DNA from: Klebsormidium nitens
Lineage: Eukaryota > Plantae > Klebsormidiophyceae
Direction of reading: 5' to 3'
Assembly (NCBI GenBank): GCA_000708835.1
Contig: DF237128.1
Coordinates: 1-64,000, forward strand
Length of the DNA: 64,000 nt
The position numbers were made by a program, and so were the translations under genes. Shown here in pieces: positions 43,760 to 57,340 of the stretch (its first letter is position 1; every line of letters begins with the position of its first letter). The notes beneath the pieces were generated by a model, which saw only the letters and a list, made by a program, of their open reading frames with translations, made no database searches and was not told the origin of the DNA.

Positions 43760-44488
43760 GTTGAAGCTCTGCAGGCGCCTGTAGGCTGTGGTTGCTCACT
43801 CAGGCTGTTCCATTGGCATCATGCCACATGTATGGCAAACCTGCAGCTGCCTAGCTGTGATTTCAAGTGAATTCTACCCGGTCGCTCCAAAATTAACACC
43901 AGGTATAGGATCCTTTTTAAATTTCAAGTTCTTCGCAGCAGCCGGGAAATGCCAAACCAAACTTGACCGATCAAAAGGAAACCCGTTCTTTCAAAAGCGA
44001 ATTGGCTTGCAGCCCTGTCGCTAATCCAAACCGGTCAATTTCAGGTTATAGCCAAACCGGTCAACTTCAGGGCATAGCCGGACCGAATTCTGGCCCCGTA
44101 TCTGAGGCCGAACGCAGAACTGAGCAATGTTGAAATGCGTATACCGGTAGGTAATACAGGCTACAGCCTTGGCCCTTGGGCCTTGGGTGCTGGAGAGCGC
44201 GTGCTGAAATTGAACACAGTCCTGAGTTGGAACAGCTGCCAGTGCCAGGGCGCTTGCTGCTTGCTGCCAGCTGCCGCCATTGATGCAAGGTATGTGAGCT
44301 TTCTCGTTCTTCAATCTTCCTTCCTGCAGGGCTGGCATGAGAATATGAAGAACTTGGTGGTGCTTTTGAAGAAGCTAATTGAATTTTGCTCGTATTGCCC
44401 TGAACTCCAAAAAGGTGCGCCAAGATTCCTTCGGATTGCCCTTTCAGCACTTTGAATAGATTATCACTCTCAAGCCCCGCTTTTGCAG

Positions 44489-44605
44489 ATGATAGACGAC
44501 AATGACCTTGGGTTTTTCACCAATGTTTTGGGATCTTTGATCTTCATCCTGGTGGTGGTCTACCACTACGTTGTTGCGGACCCCAAGTATGAGGGGCCTC
44601 AATGA
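44489..44605 (+). CDS. OST4: Oligosaccharyltransferase subunit 4 (38-aa microprotein)
   Basis: Read by hand (too short for the ORF track): [38 protein letters not shown]. It closely matches plant OST4 as recalled (MIDDxDLGF...YHYVxADPKYE). The ATG directly follows a 5'-UTR intron acceptor (ttttgcag). Confidence 0.93.
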   Translation: MIDDNDLGFFTNVLGSLIFILVVVYHYVVADPKYEGPQ

Positions 44606-46343
44606 CCTGGTAAACTTTGCACGAGCAAGATAAGCGGCGGACATAGCCAATCTGCCAAGTACTTCAACCCTGAGAGCAGGCCGCCATGATGCAGCTAGAA
44701 ATTGCGGCCATTCGGTCACCTATTACCTTGAAGGCAGACGGTTCTCAAACATTGGACATAACCACCAGGCTTTTTGATGTTCTTTTGTAAGTGTATAACA
44801 CTTCCGTCTTAAGGATTTAAAGATCTGACTCTCAGCGGATGAGGAAACATAGATTGCTCGGAGCACAACCCCGATGATTGTCCTTCTTCCACCATTTTCT
44901 ATTCCCCTTTTGCTTGTCATGGGATCCTGGTTAGTAAACATCTGCATGACATACCAAAACCTTGAGCCCTTCTGGACTCTTGTCAACGGAGAATTGCATG
45001 AGTCTTTCTGAATGTGCCATTGGGCAAAGCTACTCGGCTTGTTTTTGCGTACACTTCCACTGGCGTAATAGCGGGTCCTTAATGTGAGATGCGCTGGTTC
45101 TTCACCAGCATCTATTGGGCCAGGAAAGTTAAGGAGGGGCTACACAGACAATCAAACCGCGTGGGGTCTAAGAGGCCACTGAAAGGTAAGGCTGCATCCT
45201 GACGACCCTGGCGAACAACACGATGTGACCCCATGTTTCCAGAGTCACAGTCTGGCACTTTGACCAACTGACTCACAAGTATGCACCAGGCTTAGGACTT
45301 GGCGCGTCATCCATGGGGGTTCGAGTACGAACCAGCTTTATGGCTACGTGTACGTGCGGTATGTGGCAGCACGATGGGGTTGAGATGCACCATGTTAGCG
45401 GGCTTTAACTCAGTTATTTGCTTCAAGTTCTCTTTGACTTCTATGCTTACCCCTCAGAAGCATTTGATTGGTTCGGCCTTGATTGACTGCAAGACCTGAT
45501 GTTTCCACGCCCAAGATCGACCCAACATTCCGTCTCTCTTGCAATTCCCAGAGTTACAGTTCTGTGACGGTTGCTACTTAACGTAGTCACCATGCCAATT
45601 TTGGTTCGAGGCTGAAGCTACAGAACTTCATCAAGTTAGCAAAGCTGCTGCCGGATGAGATTGAATGAACCGCGTGGTGTAATTTCACCGTATGCATGGG
45701 GCCAGACAAAATGACTATTATATCATGACACTTGGGAGCACGCGTATGATGACCAGCAGCATATGCGGTAAACGGTGCATGCTGCCTAAAGTTGTTTTGC
45801 ATAATCGACATGTTACGGCCGGTCGCATGCACATCCGGGCAATTCAGGTGCATGATGGCACGTTTAATGCAATATATGTATGTCCGGCATGCTTCATTAC
45901 CCATGAAGGCTTCATGGAATCATTTGTATGCACGAACGCGGGCTGCTTCGGAAAACATCGTATATTAACTATACGTGATTATTATATTCTGTGGCTTGTG
46001 TATCATTTCCCATGTGCAGAATGCCCGTTTGAGTCAATTCCTATCCGCAACGGGCGAATCGATGCGCCGCAGGGCCTGTGATCTTGATTACTTTCAGGGC
46101 CTGTGATTGATTCTTTTGTCGCAGCGACTCTGGCAACGAAGTTTGCCAGGCTGCTTGCCGATTTGCCTTCTAAACAAGCTGCAAGGCGATCGCAGCTCGC
46201 ACACACGAGCGGGGAAGATTCTCGTGGGTGCTTTTCCTCAATTGGTTCGTCTACTCTAAATATACAACGTCCTGAAGCATGTATACCACCTTTGGCAGAG
46301 CTTGTATCCGCTTTCATACCACTTGTCAGTAGGGCAAAACCTG

Positions 46344-49300
46344 CTACTTCAATTGTGCGATTGTGAGCCCCTGGTTGGCTTCTGATTCAAGAGCAAAGCT
46401 TTCTACGTACGGATGTTTCTTCAGCATCTTCTCCACGGCCTGTCGGATGGCCCCAGTCCCGACTCCGTGAATAATATACATCTGGTCGCCCCCACTCGAA
46501 TGCATCAGGGCAGTCTCCAAAGCCTGTGCGACAAGGACAGCAATCAAAATCTGAATGGGAAAGCAGTACCGAAGTGGGCCCGTTAAAATGGGCAGAAACC
46601 TTTCGCCTTCATTGCCTGCGTGCTCCCGTGGAAAAGGTTTCCGCTGTAGAAAGACCGTTCCCAGGTGGCTCGTAATTGTAAGGTGGCATTTAACGCAGGC
46701 GCAACACTCAAGCGAATGACAAACATAACAGAGCATCCCAAGTCCGCTGGAGACGCCACCTCTGGTTTCTAGCAATTTCCTGCATTAGCTGGATCGGGGA
46801 CCCCTAACATACACCACCTGGGGGCTCACAACATCCATTTTGTCTCCAAGGGACACCCGCCCTGCATTCTCACCCTGGTAGCCTCGTCCACTCGCATCCC
46901 CCGCAGGTCCACCGTGTTGCCTGCCGTCTGCATGGCGGGGCCAGCCTCCGCGGGCCCCGTCAGTACGTCCACTCCGCTCACCCCCGAGATGGCGCCCTCT
47001 GACGTCCCCGCTTCGCCTTCAAACGCGCGCTGCAGCAGGAGAGAAACGAGCTCTGTCTTCTCGGAAGCGAGCGGCCAGTGAGCAGACTGTAGAATGGTCT
47101 CTTGACTCCTCTGATTGCACGAGGGCGGGTTTTGGGAGACAGCCATTCGCGTATGAAGACACGTGCAGCATCAACGTTCGTGCCCCTCACCTGCAGCTGG
47201 CTAAGCGAGGAGGGCCTCTTCTGCGGCTGTGCGGGTCCCCCCCCCGCGTCGTCGTCCCTGGCGAGGGGCAGCACCTCGTCCCGCTTGACGCGCAGCCGCA
47301 GCTGGCCCAGCACCACCACCAGGCTGCCCTGCCCTGCGAACGCCAACGCAGCACGCTGCTCAGAGAAGCAGGGCGGGGGACCACCTCGGACCACCTCTCA
47401 AGGGAAGTGCAAAAAGTAACGGAGGTCATTGTGCTAGATCAGAAAGCACTCAAGTATTGCGTCAGAACCCGTCACTGGCCCGGCATGGCAGATCCGCATT
47501 CCGGCATGTGGTTGGAAGGGCCTGGATTTCACCACAGGTCGCCATGCCGCAAGAAAGAGGGAAGCCGTGCTGGGGTGGCGGCCTCACTGTCGGTTGCCTC
47601 GGCGACTTGCACGGGCTTGGTACCCAGCCGCCGCACCAGCACCAGGTCGCCTGGCTCCGGCTGCCACGTGGCCCCCCTGGCACGGTCGACCCGCGCGCCA
47701 GCTGTAGCGGCAACGTAGTCTTCGAGCTGCAATCACGGTAATCAGAAGTTCCGTCAGCTCCCTTCAGTTTCAGTCATTCTGTACGGGGCCATGCAGTATA
47801 CCAGCCGGCATGTGAGAAGGGGGAAAGCAGTGGCATAGGCTCACGGCCTAGGAGATGCCTTTCGTTGTCGGTTCAGCGAATTGATACGACGAGGACCAAG
47901 GCGCAGGTTCGACTACCAGCGGCTGGGCTGAATTGCCGCTCTAGTTTTTGACTTCCTTCGTGCTTTCGCTCGCTATTGAGGAAAGCAAACGCCGATCACT
48001 TTCCTCAACCCCAGCATGCTCCTTATCCTTTCCACTCAGTCACATCGTGACCACTCGGTCTTCATCGCAGTTTGCAGGGGCTGTGAGTGCCGGACCTGCT
48101 GGCGGTCAGGCGAGTAGGCCGCCGCGATGTCCTGGAGGCGCGTGCCGGCCTCGTATGGGTCCACGTCACCGCCCCCTGCTGCCGAGCCTCCCGCGTTGGC
48201 CTGCCTCTGCAGCTGCTCCACCACCGCGCGCATCTCGCGCCGCGCCTCGGCAATCAGCTGCGCCACCTCCTCTTCCTGCAGCAGATGCAGCGAACAAAAC
48301 GTGAGGCCACCTGTTTGGACGTGTGGCACAGTCATCGTCGAGCAATAAAATGTGCTAGCTGGATAGCGGATCTCAATAGACATGATCCTGGATTGGCGGC
48401 GCCTCGAGTGCCCAGCAGTTGCTCTGCAGGCACCCTGCAAGCAACCAGACCAGCCCTCTTTGCCGCCCAGCAGTCCCGTAAGGCTCCGTGCCTGACCTTG
48501 GCCTTTTGCAGCCGCCTCTCCCGCTTGGCCAGCCCCGCCGCCTCCTCCGCAATACTGGCATGCACGTGCCGCGCCTCAGCCAGCACCCCCTCCGCCGCTG
48601 CCGCCTTGTCGCGGAAGCCGTCCGCCTGCTGCATGAGGGGCCCCAGCAGCGAGCTCGCGCGCTCGCCTGCGCCCGCGGGCGCCAGCTGGCGGAGCAGCAA
48701 ACGCGCCTCGCGCAGGACGTCAGCGTCGAAGTCGAGGGCGGACGCAATGTCGAGAGCGTTGGACTGGCCTGCGGGCCAATCACAACGGATATGACTCAGG
48801 AGGTCAGCGGTGAAGGGAGGTGCCAACATCCAACATTGAGCAGGCTTTACTGCCGTTCGCATTGCTGGTCACAACGTCAACTGATGGTGACGAATGTCTC
48901 GGCTGCCAATCAAAGACAAAATGTCCACCGAATACACCACCCTTTTTCGGTCAAGGTCTCCAATGTTCCATGCGCTGACAGCCAGGGATGCACACCCACG
49001 AAGCGCTCTTCAATCAGCATCGCACTTGGCCTTTGCCCTTCGCAAAAAGGGCGGCTTACCGGGCACTCCCCAGAGCACCTTGTAAGTCGGTCGCAGAGTG
49101 GCCCGGTCGAATTCGACAGAAGCGTTTTCGAACCGTGAGTCCTGCAGAGGAATTCACAGACAGGCGCGTCAAAAAACCGGCCTAAGGGACCTTGCTGGCC
49201 CCATCTCTCCCTACTCACGATATCAAGAACGCAGACATAGTAGTTCTTCCAAGAGTGACTCCAAAGGCGACAATGTGCTTATCACCGGCTCGTTCCATGT

Positions 49301-52300
49301 CGAGAGCAGGCCCATGATACGGCCAGTGGAACAGTCAATGGTCCGACAGCCTCCGGCAGCTGCCCCACCTGTTCCTTGAGGGCCTTGAGCTCGGAGTAAT
49401 GAGTCGTAGCGACTGTGAGCGCGGCAGTTCCCGCCAGGTGCTTCAGCAGCGCAGTCGCCAGCGCGGCGCCCTCAGACGGGTCAGTGCCCCCGCCTGCCTC
49501 GTCCAGAAGCACCAGCGAGGACGGGCCACACGCCTGGAGGGCAGTACGAAATCGATTTAAAAAAGCAATCACGACAAGACAGCGACTTGCGTACAATGCC
49601 TCTCCGACTCGATAATGATCACATAAGAGTAGCAGTGCTTTCAAGCCAATCGTCATGCTGCTGGCCAAAATTCGAGATAAGCGACCAGACACTGAGAGGC
49701 GGCGTTTTCGTAATCCTGGCAATCATGGCGAAATTGGAAAGAAAGACGTCGATGAAGTAAGCCCCGTCCCCACGTACTGACCTGCAGGATCCTGGTGAGC
49801 CTGCGCACGTGGCCGCTGAAGGTGGACAGGCTCTGCTGCAGGCTCTGCTCGTCGCCCACGTCCGCCAGCACCGCGTCGAACCACGGCACCACCGGCGCGC
49901 CCTGCGCCGGCACAAACAGGCCCGCGCGCACCATCAGCGCGGCCATGCCCAGCGTTTTCAGGGTCGCCGTCTTGCCCCCCGTGTTCGGGCCCGTGATGGC
50001 GACCACCCGAACGTGGGGGTCCACCCGGATGTCGATCGGCACGGGTAACCTCTCCGCCGATCCGTGCTCCGTCCGTGGATCCTGCTTCTTGTTCAGGGGC
50101 CCAATGGCTGCGGCCAGGAGCAGGGGGTGCCTCATTTGCTGAATGTCCAGCCACGTGGAGGTCTCGTCCCCTCTTCCGCTGCTGCTAGCCTCGGTATCTA
50201 CGCTCGGTGGGGCAGCGCTGAAGGTGGGCCGCGTGCCGTGGAGCCAGGCGGCATGGGCGGCCCGCGCAACGGCCAGGTCGAGGGCCGTGATGCGCTCCAG
50301 GAGGAGCAACAGTCCGGCCGCACGATGAGCCACCTGCAGGGCGGGATCTACGGACTTAGCACGAGGCTGACAACTGTGCGAGGAGGAGAAACGGGGTTGT
50401 TTGGAATGATCCATGATTCAGGTCACACCGTTATGCACAGCAAGCTAAGAACCCATCGTTCATCTTATCCAGAACCATGCAGCGATGGCGCTGTATTTGG
50501 AACATATTTTGCAGGAAATGCTTACCTGGCTGCTGAGCTGCTTGAGGATGCGCGTCTCCTCCTCTGCCTCCTGCCCGGATAGCTCCATCTCCCGGTTGTT
50601 CAGGGCGATTGCTTCCTCTGGCTCGACATACACTGTGACACCCGTGTTGCTCTGGTCCAGCGTGATGCCACCTGCACACGAAAGAGGCACTTCTGACTGC
50701 GGACAATCTGGAAAACGAAGTGGACACATCGGCAGAGTCGACTCTGATCCAGGTGCACGTGCCTGGAAGTGGATGCTGTCAGGGAAGGTGCTCCTTCTTA
50801 TCACCTCTCGGATTCCCCAACACAGAAGCAGAACAACTATGAGAGATGAATCCAACTGAAATACTGGTGTTAGTTCAGAGACAAAGTGATACTCCCAGAC
50901 CCCATGCACCAAACAAACAGGGCGAGCGAAGTGGCGCCGTACCTCGGATGTCCCCCCGTCGTGCTGCCTTGACGGCCACGCACAGCCTGCCCCTCCTGGC
51001 CACCACCATGCCCTGCTCTGCCGCGCCGCTGGCCTCCAGCTGCGCCGCCAGCGTCCCCAGCAGCTGCTGCAACGCTCGCATGTTGTCCCGCCGCTGCGAC
51101 CGGATGGAAGCCAGGGCAGCACTCGCCGTGTCCAGGATGAGGGGGGGCCTGAGGATGAGGGACGAGAGCCACTTACAAAGGGCGAAAGAGCGCAGCGGCC
51201 TTAGAACTTTATGAGTGCCCCCAGACCCAACAGTCCCTCAGCCCTGAAATTGACTACGATGAAAGTATCCAACTCATGCAGTCATCTCCAAAAAGATGAA
51301 CATGCATGATTTATTGGACTCACTCTGCAGAGAGGCAGCGCCTGATGTCTTGCGCCAGTTGCAGGTCCACTGTGACTGGCTCCAGGATGGTCAGCAGCGG
51401 GTCCAGGGCCCCTGGCGCAGCCTTTGCAGCAGCAGTGCTCGCGGCCACCAGCCCCCTCTGCACGACAATAAGCTGAACATCAACGGCGCTAGCCGTGATG
51501 CGCCCCGTCGCCCATTCCTGACAAGTTCTCTGCTGTGCTCAAGGTCTGTGCCATCCGTAACAAGGAACAACTGTGCCCTGAGAATAAAACCTGGCACTGC
51601 TAGTTAATGGTACTCTCCAGCCAACGGACCCATCACTGCGCACCTGCAGCCTGTCTGCGGCCTCCAGGCTGGCCCCGACGTCGGCCAGCTCCGCGATCTG
51701 GCAGCACTGCCCCGCGGCCGCCTTCTGCACCACCTTGCGGATGTCCCTCACCCCCTCAAACGTGAGGGTGCAGTGACGCGCCGCCTCCGTCTCTGCGAGC
51801 AGCTGCACGCTCTCTGCTTGGGTGCGGCCAATGCGGAGCTGGCCAGCCTGCGCCATGGCCACTGCAATGGGGGTGGAGGCAAACTCAGCAACCTGCAGTC
51901 GCCACAACCATACGCAGTGTCGGTCAAGCTTCGCAACTCACAGGCTGGCATCGGGGCCGGAAGACTGCAGCATTGCTGATGGAAGATGCGCGTTCACTCT
52001 TGAGCTTTGTCAGGTTGACCTCAATCAAAAGGCTGAACTTCAGCTCGGAGCTGCATCAACAGCAAGACTCCTATCTGCCAAAGCGAGGGCAGGGCAGGGT
52101 GTGTTAGGAGCAGGCTTCACTGTCCTCATGTTTCTCTTTCAAAAAGAGTGACTATGGCGCACCTGCTTGCACAAGGCCGGCCACTCCAACAAGCGCAAGG
52201 CTTCCTCCTGAACGCCTGCACCGGGTTCCTCGACCTCCGGCTCAATGCTAGGAGCGTCACCTTCACTGTCATCCTCAGTGCTAGAGTCACCTTCGTCAAC

Positions 52301-52645
52301 ACTTTGCGAGGCCGGAACCGAAGCAATAGCTGCAGAGGGCGTCGCTCTTTGTGGCTGCCAACGCAAGTGCTGCCTCCCACCGCCCTGCCACCACCCGGGT
52401 CTGCACCTCGAGAGGCCCGCCCTCCCATCAGCATTGCTCTGCAGAGCTGTACTCCCGTGCTGTCCCCTTGCGCGTAAGGGCAGAGCAGTCAGCCAACCAG
52501 GAACACGCAGAGCGATGGGCGAGGGGCGAGGTCCATGCGAAACAGTTCGCTGTCCCCCACACTCATTCGAAGCGGCTTCAGCGATGGCGGTACCACCTAA
52601 GGGCCTCCAAACTGGTGCCCAGCAAGCAGAGGCAGCTGAAACCAT
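46344..52645 (-). CDS. MUTS2: MutS2 family ATPase/endonuclease with C-terminal Smr domain and a likely plastid transit peptide
   Basis: Ala/Arg/Ser-rich N-terminus followed by [14 protein letters not shown]; [11 protein letters not shown]; [15 protein letters not shown]; [11 protein letters not shown]; Walker [18 protein letters not shown] (~49960-50000); [23 protein letters not shown]; [21 protein letters not shown]; ATTHYSELK; [33 protein letters not shown]; Smr [12 protein letters not shown]...[12 protein letters not shown]...GLTIAQLK*. Confidence 0.96.
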
Positions 52646-53501
52646 CGCCTGCTGTCCTGAGGGTCAGAAACCTCAGCTCAACATGTGAACGCCCCCCCCA
52701 ACACAATCGCCACATCACTGAAAAGAAGCCCTGCGCGAATCAATTTGACGACGCCCAGCAGCTTGTGCAGCACCTTGCCTAGACACTATGATGCAGAGTA
52801 TATTTCAGAAACATAACCGGGAAACATTCAACTGGGTTTCTGTTGAATCAAAGATATTTCTTGATAATACCGGTTTCTTGTACCACTACAGCTTTGCCTG
52901 TGGGTGCAATAAAAGCGCGCAGCCTTTAGATATTCTGCAATTTTTCCCCTCCAGAATCTCAATATATTAGTCCAACGGGTCAACCTGATTCCTGACTCTT
53001 GAAGTTGCTGAACTGTGTCCAGATTCCTTGCACAGCGCCGACTGGATATTTAGGGTTTGCAAGCAAGGTGGGGCGCCAACATGGCGGCCATATGGCGTAC
53101 GTGAATGAAGGAGAGCACTCGGCGCCATATGGGGGCAGTTGATCAAAGTCTGCCCGATGCATTTCGCTGGCCATTCAGCGCACGGCATTTCAAAAATAAG
53201 TCCTTTGTGGAGACCCGTCCTTTATTGACATTGAAAAGTTTGGGCCAGGGAAGCGTGATGCGCTGTCCTCCTTAAAAGGTACTGGTTCCTTGATTTGTAA
53301 CAAACGGGTCATTGCAATCTGGGCAGAAGTAGCACCTTAGAATTCATTCATTGCAGGTAGATGCCGCACGTTGGGCCTCCTGCCATTGGGTTGCACAGAG
53401 GGGGGGCGCTTCCTTCAGAATCAGTCAAAAGTAGATCTGATGCCCTATGTTCTCCGTAAGTCTGACACCTAGTTTGTGTAGGGCCCTATCCCCGCTCATC
53501 T

Positions 53502-56500
53502 ATGTCCGTCGATGGTGCGATACAAGGGTTGGGCGGGAGTAGCAGCGGGGACTCTGGGGCCATGAACGATAACAGCAAGGGGCTGGCGCTGGCCATCAGC
53601 TCCAGCCTATTCATTGGGGCCAGCTTCATTATCAAGAAAAAGGGGCTCAAGAAAGCGGGCGCCACGGGCATGAGGGCAGGTGCGGCGTGCTGGAGTATTC
53701 TGGTCCTGTTCAAGCCCTCTCTGGGAAGATGTTTGGATTGCTTATTGCCGTTAGTAGTCTCTGATGATATGCAGCTGCTGGTAACTCAGGACGAAGTTGC
53801 ACCAGCGTGGTGCTAGGTGGCATTTGCCTGCTTGTGTGGCACTTGTGGAATGCTGATGGTTTTGCTGTTTGCTTTGCAGGGGTTGGGGGCTACTCGTATC
53901 TATCAGAGCCGCTTTGGTGGGCTGGTATGACCACAAGTGAGGGCACTTTAAACAAAAGGTTACATCCCTAGGGAGTGCAAACCCGTAAATTCAGTTGCGC
54001 CCATGGTCAGCATCTTGGTGTCGTCTGATTCCGGATGTGAGCAGCACTGACTGCTCGCGACACAACCGGTTGTCGATTGCTCCTCTGTTTGTGGCACTAC
54101 TTCTATCTGTCATGGTCGTTGCCACCCTGCATCAATCAGGCAACCAACTCTGGCAACGCCCATGAATTGCGCTGTCTGTGTGCAGTGATTGTGGGGGAGG
54201 TCGCAAACTTCACGGCATACGCCTTTGCACCTGCCATCCTTGTTACGCCATTAGGTGCTCTTAGTATCATTGTAAGGTGAGATCCAGAGCTTCACCCACT
54301 GATTACACGGTCCGGGGGGGCCACACGAAGCAACGGCGAATCAGCCAGCTTATGTTTGAGATCTGTATGCCCAGTTTCGCGTCGACCCACTGTGCACACT
54401 TCTGATGCCAGCCCATTGCTTATGAGCTAGGCTTTGCAGCCCAGAGTCGGATGCTGTCAGAGTTGTCTCGTTTCTCTCTGTGTGGCAAGGCATCCTATCG
54501 TTGATAGGGCAGCCTGTTGTATCCACCTGGTTGCTCCCCGTGCGTGCAGCGCAATCCTGGCGCACATGCTTCTGAACGAGAAGCTGCATGTGTTGGGCAT
54601 CCTGGGGTGCGTCCTGTGCATAGTCGGCTCCACCACCATCGTGCTGCACGCGCCGGAGGAGCGCGAGGTGCAGTCGGTCAAGGAGGTGTGGCACCTGGCA
54701 CTAGAGCCAGGTGAGCGTGCAAGGGGGACCACTTTGGGAAGATCTACACTTGGGGCAAGCCGTATCACTTGGTTCGATACTTCAAAGGCCCTACAAGAAA
54801 GATTGATTGACAGATCGATCGAGACATGAACAACATCTGTCAAACGGGCTCTCTATGGATCGTGGAAGATGACCGCCAAACTCCTGTTCTGTTCCAAATG
54901 AGGGCATCTTTGGCCTTGAAAATCTTAGGCCTGCACGTTAACGGCCAATCGCGACGCTAGGAGGGAAAAGATAGAAATAAATGCATAATTTCGGAGTCAC
55001 TCAAATCCGCGTGCTGTCCGGGTACGGGTGCAGTACAATGATGCTCTGTTACTGCTGCAGCGTTTGTTCTGTATGCGGTGACGGTGGTGTCCCTGGTGTG
55101 CACCCTCATCTTCCACTTCGCCCCCAAGTTCGGCCACTCCCACATCCTGGTCTACATCGCCATCTGCTCCCTCATGGGCTCCCTCTCGGTAAGGGCCATT
55201 TCTCTTCTGAGACAACCGGCCAGTTACTGGCTTCCGCAGGAAGCTGGCGGTGCCACGTTCTGACCACAGTTTCAAATCAAAGGCGGTTCATGAGCCCAGA
55301 AACATGTGCAGTGACCAGGTCTCCTCAAAGATGGATAGCATCCCGCCTTTGAGTATCTGATTGTTTTCAATGCTGCTGGTTGGATGTGGTTGCGATGCCC
55401 AAAAAATTGCTGTCACGTCGCAGCAACTTCGGCACGATCTGGCGTTTCGGATCGTCAAAAGCTGAGCCCATGAATCCAGATGTGGCGGACCTGCAGCCCC
55501 TGCTTGCCTTGGCTCGCAGGTGATGAGCTGCAAAGCCCTGGGGATCGCCCTCAAGCTGACGTTCTCCGGGGACAACCAGCTCTTCTACCCGGAGACCAGC
55601 GTCTTCGCAATCATTGTTGTCACCTGTGTGCTCACGCAAATGAATTACCTCAATAAGGTGAGCATTGTCTCAAGCTCTTGGACAGTGTGTTCAACCGTTT
55701 GATTGCATACGCTCTTGGCGGATGGCTCGTGCAGTCCGCATTTGTCGTGATACGTTCATGATGTCTGAAAAGCTGTATCTGTTTTGGAGGCAGAGACAGC
55801 GGCTGCATCGTTTCCTTACATAGTAAAAGGATCAAAGCGTTGACCAAGCCAATGATCTTGACCATGGCTCTCGTCTTCGGACACTCTTCGGACACCGGTC
55901 CCTACTCGAGTCAATGGCGTCACACCTGGCCGCATTTTGAAGTTTCTAGCAAGCTTATGCCGTTCAACAACTCGATTGAGCAGTCAACACATATCTATTG
56001 GTTCAAGTTGGGGAGGCGGTCAAGATCGACGAGTTGTGATATCACGGTCGTTCTTTCTAGGGATAACTTTTTGCTTTTTCTACTATCTGGCGCGCCCTGA
56101 CTGCTGGTCCTGGCCGCGTGATGTGCAGGCCTTGGACACGTTTAACACGGCCATAGTGTCGCCCATCTATTACGTCATGTTCACCACGCTCACCATCCTG
56201 GCCAGCGTCATCATGTTCAAGGTGAGCCCGCCAGTCGCCATTCTCGCGACGGAACAGGCGCAAGCAAGCAGAGCGATCGCAGTACCTTCCAGCGCTCCTT
56301 AGCAAGCTTTTCTCTCATCTTTTGTTGGAAGGGAGATGCTTCTCTTCAGCAGCCCGGCTCGCTTCTGCAACAACCCGTCAGCTGCTCCGAGTTGTTTGTA
56401 TGATCTTGCTGATGTTGGCGAGGGACGAGTCCCGTTGAGGACTTCAAAGCTATTCCAGGGGTCGACTCCGTTCAAGATGATTATCTTGCTATAACATAGC

Positions 56501-57340
56501 TCGTTCCAGGAGTCTTCTCGGAGTGCTGCTTCCTGGAATTACAAGCTTGCTAGCATCCTCGAAGGGTGCAAATATTATCATATCTGTGCTATAGGAGGAA
56601 CGGTCCTGTCCTCCTATGTGGGTCATGTTTCAATGCTTGCAAAAATTTCTGACTTGTGTCCAAACACCTGTTAGCATGCACTTGGTTTTCCAAAGGTTGT
56701 TCGATCCGGCGATCACCCGCGTGCACGTTACAGAAACACACCCTGTCCGCTTGTGTTCCTGACGGCCATGCTAATTGCGCGCAGGACTGGAGCCGCCAGA
56801 ACGCAGCGCAGATCGTGACGGAGCTGTGCGGCTTCGTGACCATTCTGGCGGGCACGTTCCTGCTGCACTCCACCAAGGACATGGGCGACATGGGCTCAGG
56901 ACTGCGTAAGTGGGGGACCCTCGCGTTCCTAAAGGTATTGGCGACCTGGCGTGTGGGCTGCAGCCGCGTCCGGTCGCCGTTATGGCCAGCCTGCAATGCT
57001 TGTGTACGCAAAATAGTCCAGACTGGCCAGCTAGACACGTTATCATGCACAGTCATCTAACGTTTGGCAGCAGTCAGTGCTTCCCTGCGGGTTTCAAAGC
57101 TTTTCCAATGATTGAAAGCGTGTCGTCGACGTCCGCTGGCTGTGGTGCTTTCTTTGCTTCTGACTTGAGCTCCTTCAACTCCGTGCAGCAACGGTCCATT
57201 ATTCGGGAGTGGTGAACACGCCGCCCCGGCTGAGTTTCTCGGGCAAGAGGCCCGAAGATGAGGACGAGGAGATACCCATGCGGCGACAAGACACGATGCG
57301 AAACTCAGCCAATTCAAGGGATCTGGCGGTTTTAAATTAA
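53502..57340 (+). CDS. NIPA: NIPA-family (DMT superfamily) magnesium transporter
   Basis: Exons: DNSKGLALAISSSLFIGASFIIKKKGLKKAG; GVGGYSYLSEPLWWAGMTT; IVGEVANFTAYAFAPAILVTPLGALSIIV; SAILAHMLLNEKLHVLGILGCVLCIVGSTTIVLHAPEE; ILVYIAICSLMGSLS; VMSCKALGIALKLTF...QMNYLNK; ALDTFNTAIVSPIYYVMFTTLTILASVIMFK; DWSRQNAAQIVTELCGFVTILAGTFLLH; last exon ~57189-57340 ...EEIPMRRQDTMR...*. The start may be 53502 or the downstream MNDNSK ATG. Confidence 0.96.

Noticed and set aside
48087-49138. 235-aa and 216-aa plus-strand ORFs
   Set aside because: These are antisense shadows of GC3-rich MutS2 exons.
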